Assembly (NCBI GenBank): GCA_021613535.1
Contig: CP075492.1
Span: forward strand, 3,038,001 to 3,102,000
Direction: 5' to 3'
DNA: 64,000 nucleotides
From: Adineta vaga
Taxonomy: Eukaryota; Animalia; Rotifera
Below, piece by piece: positions 61,034-64,000 of this stretch. The notes beneath the pieces are model-generated. The model saw only the letters and a program-made list of their open reading frames with translations. It made no database searches and was not told the origin of the DNA. Within the stretch, counting starts at the first letter, position 1. Each line of letters begins with the position of its first letter. The translations under genes and the position numbers were made by a program.

Positions 61034-63050
61034 CTAAGATATAACGCATGTTTGTGATTTTTGTTGTTTTGTTTCATTTGTGTTTTGTTCGGAATATAAT
61101 TTTCGTAAAGCATAAGCAAATGTTGTAAATTGATGTGGTAAAAGACGTTTTCCTTTGAATATTTCATTAAATTCTTCGGAATAAATTTGTCGTTGTGATT
61201 CAATTTTTTCATCATTGGAAAGACTAGTTGCATAATTCAATAGTTGAGTTCCATTTTCAAATTGATACAATTTCCATAGATCTATTGAAAGTTTATTCTG
61301 TTGAAACCATTGTTTAATATCATTTTGATTCCATTGTTGAACTTTTTCTTGAGACAGATCTCTATATTCAATATATGTCTCTTCATGATGAACAGGTAAA
61401 GATTGATGAGAAAAATATTGATCTTTTTTCAAATTATTGTCAAAGAGATTTTCTTCAATCATTCCAATTAAATCTTTTAATTTCTCTTGTTCTAATTGTT
61501 TAATATTCCGAAATCGAACATATTTCATCATACAAGTATGAATTGCTATAAAATAACAAAAGAGTATATAGATTGTTAAAGAGAAAAATCATTCCATATA
61601 AATAACATACCTAACCATCCCGGTGGTTTATCATCCAAAATAAAAATCGGAATAATTGATTTCTTCAAATGATCATGAGCATAAACAAATTCTTGTTGAC
61701 ATGATTTACTTTCATAATATTTAGTTGATAATAAACATAAAATAATATTTGCATCTGTAATACCATCAGCAATTTTTCCCCATAAATATCCTGTTTTCGT
61801 ATTTTTCCAATCAATCCAAATATCAAAATTTTGTTCATATTTATTTAATTCATTATATAATTGTGAACAAACATGATTATCACTATGAGCATAACTAATC
61901 ATTATCGATGGTTTCTTTTTAATAGAATTTAATCGTTCATTGTCTTTACCTTGATCATCATCATTCTTCATATTACATAGAATACCTTCTGCAGCTTTTT
62001 GAATATTTTCCATATACTTTGGTACATAATGAATTGGATTAATAACAATTTTCTCATTTGTTATTTTCTCTAATAAATTTTTCAATTGTTTATTTTCTTC
62101 TAATTCATCTTTATATTGTTGACGAAGTGAAATACTCCATAGAATATTACAAAGTGCTGTACATGTTGATAATTTTAATGAATCATTATCTTCGACATTC
62201 TTATGAAATTGTAGGAAAATATCAATAAAAAATTTCACCATTGAATTTTGTTCAATTTCAACTTGTGCATGTTGTAAAATATAATCTAATGTTCGATCAT
62301 AACAAATTAATCGAACTAAAACAATTAATGGTTCGGAAATATGCCAACCTTTCGCAACATATTTTGGTGATCGTTTTGATGCATCAATAATAATTTTTAA
62401 TAATTGATCGAGAATATTATTCATTCGTTTACGATCAGTTTTGATTTGTTCAGGTGTCGAGAGAAGAGCAGTTGTCATTGCACACATAATCTTAAGTTCA
62501 ATATCTGGATGATTAACTAGAAAGTCTTTTAATTGATTTGTTGTATTAAGAGAATTTAAAACTTGTACACCATTATCATGACGACTTATGTTATAAATCG
62601 TTCCAACTAGACGTTCAACATCTGACAGTTGTTCTCTGTTTAAAAGTTAAAACTTGTTATTTTAGAATATTTTAATTGAAATTGATCTTACTTAGAAATT
62701 AATTTTAACCATTTTAATAAAGATTCGGGATAATTTGTTTGAATTAAACATGGAACAAGAATTGTTTTATTGGAATATTCAGGTAATGCTGAGAACAAAC
62801 TGTGAATTGATTGAGAATATTTCGGCGATTGAAAATGTAAATTTGCATAGTTTAATATAAATTTTAATAAATCTTCATGTTCCTGAAAATTATTATCTGT
62901 TGGAATTTCGAAATTTTGTAATTTAATTAAAGCACTGAGAAATTCTTCACGAGTTTCGATCTCTTTAGAATCAGATGTTTCATTCTTATTTGAAGAATTG
63001 TTATTATCATCATCAGCATCAGCATTCGGTGGAAAAGTTAATTTAGCCAT
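61034..63050 (-). CDS. ARM-like + TIR + SAM-like protein with CaaX (CVIS); diverged paralogue of 31226-33716
   Basis: TIR motifs IMISYAH, IWIDW, LWGKIADGI..ILCLLS.KYYESKSCQQE; WNQNDIKQWF SAM-like region; ends KSQTCVIS*; short introns link ORFs 62688..63083, 61576..62487 and 61034..61531. Confidence 0.85.
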
Positions 63051-63624
63051 GAAGATTTTTACAAATAAGAAAAGTTTGATCAAAAGATTTCAACGTTCGT
63101 TTCTCTCCGTGATCAATATGTCTGTCAAAACAACACTGCCGTCATTCTTTCACAATATTTGCACTTAAATATGAATAAAAAGACCTTTTTCCTTCTGTTC
63201 TGTAACAAAATACAAACAGAAAATTTTTTTTTGTATGTGTTGCTATATACTACCTTATACATAACAACGATAGGACAAATATAGTTTATGAAAAATGAAA
63301 TTTATTCAATAAGAATTCTTCATTAGATTACGTGATCTTGAAATCTTTGATCGATCGTGAAAATGGACTATAGATTAAAATAATATGTTCATTTTTCCCT
63401 AATTATATTCATGTCGTTTTCTTTCTTTCCTCTGGAATGACATATTCCTTCATACTTTTAACATCTGTAACAAATATAAAGAACGTGTCTTTGTAATTGG
63501 AGCAAGCGATATCATTATCAGAGATTATTCTACGTTTGATACATTGTGAATTTGTTTTAAAGGAATCAATAAAAGAAAAACTTAGAATAAAATAAATATG
63601 ATCTTTGCATATAGGACTTCGCTA

Positions 63625-63900
63625 TTATTTATCCGTAGTCCCACGAAAATTTTTTTACACGAATCCTGCGGATAGATGCGGTATTTTTATAATGACTACG
63701 TTTATACTACTGAACACCGCGGGGTCAAAAATAAACCGTAGCTAACCGCGGTAACCTCCAAAAGAACCGAAACATGATGCACCGTAAAAAATCGCGATTG
63801 TAAAAATTTCGATGAGATGTGGATTAGTTGCGGTATCAGAGAAGTGCCATCTTTCATAATTCTATTTTGCAAATGTCTCATTACAAATCGCGATTTCCTG
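63625..63900. mobile_element. Possible DNA-transposon fragment
   Basis: CpG-rich patch with repeated ACCG(C/T)/GCGGT motifs and two ATCGCGAT palindromes in AT-rich context; termini not defined. Confidence 0.3.
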
Positions 63901-64000
63901 ATTTTCTCGAAAGATATTATCATTCTAAATATGGCATAATCTTATTATCTTGCTAGCTTTTTTCATATTATGTTTGTATAATGGTATATATAATAAAACT

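Overview
Strongly AT-rich eukaryotic genomic DNA with short (~50-60 nt) GT-AG introns. The gene families (B-box/coiled-coil-NHL, giant FG-GAP repeat proteins, orphan GPCRs, ARM-TIR-SAM-CaaX proteins, ADP-ribosyltransferases, many intronless microbial-type enzymes) most resemble a bdelloid rotifer; this is inference, no search was run. The window is dominated by a ~55 kb inverted duplication with ~14 kb arms (~5600-19775 and ~46862-60968). Each arm carries the same cluster: FG-GAP membrane protein, GH28 polygalacturonase, Cys-rich secreted protein, PAN-GH45 endoglucanase, GPCR and PAN-expansin-like protein, i.e. a candidate cell-wall/polysaccharide-degradation cluster. The GH45 and expansin genes share a near-identical 206-bp PAN/apple module in inverted orientation. 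Two variants in that module sort by palindrome arm rather than by gene, pointing to ongoing inter-gene conversion, and the geometry would allow an ORF-preserving promoter/signal-peptide inversion. The spacer holds a second 3-kb inverted duplication (22154-25136 / 34219-37204), a TE-like block with a long phased heat-shock-element array, two MITEs, a compact block of microbial-type genes (NAD(P)-binding reductase, nucleoside hydrolase, cupin, a 552-aa unknown, NmrA-like), a TIR gene, an ART pseudogene and a direct duplication. Telomere-like (TGAGGG/TGTGGG) mini-hairpins lie at or near several rearrangement junctions. The first 5 kb holds genes each carrying a single in-frame stop. Exon boundaries were read by eye and repeat ends are approximate.
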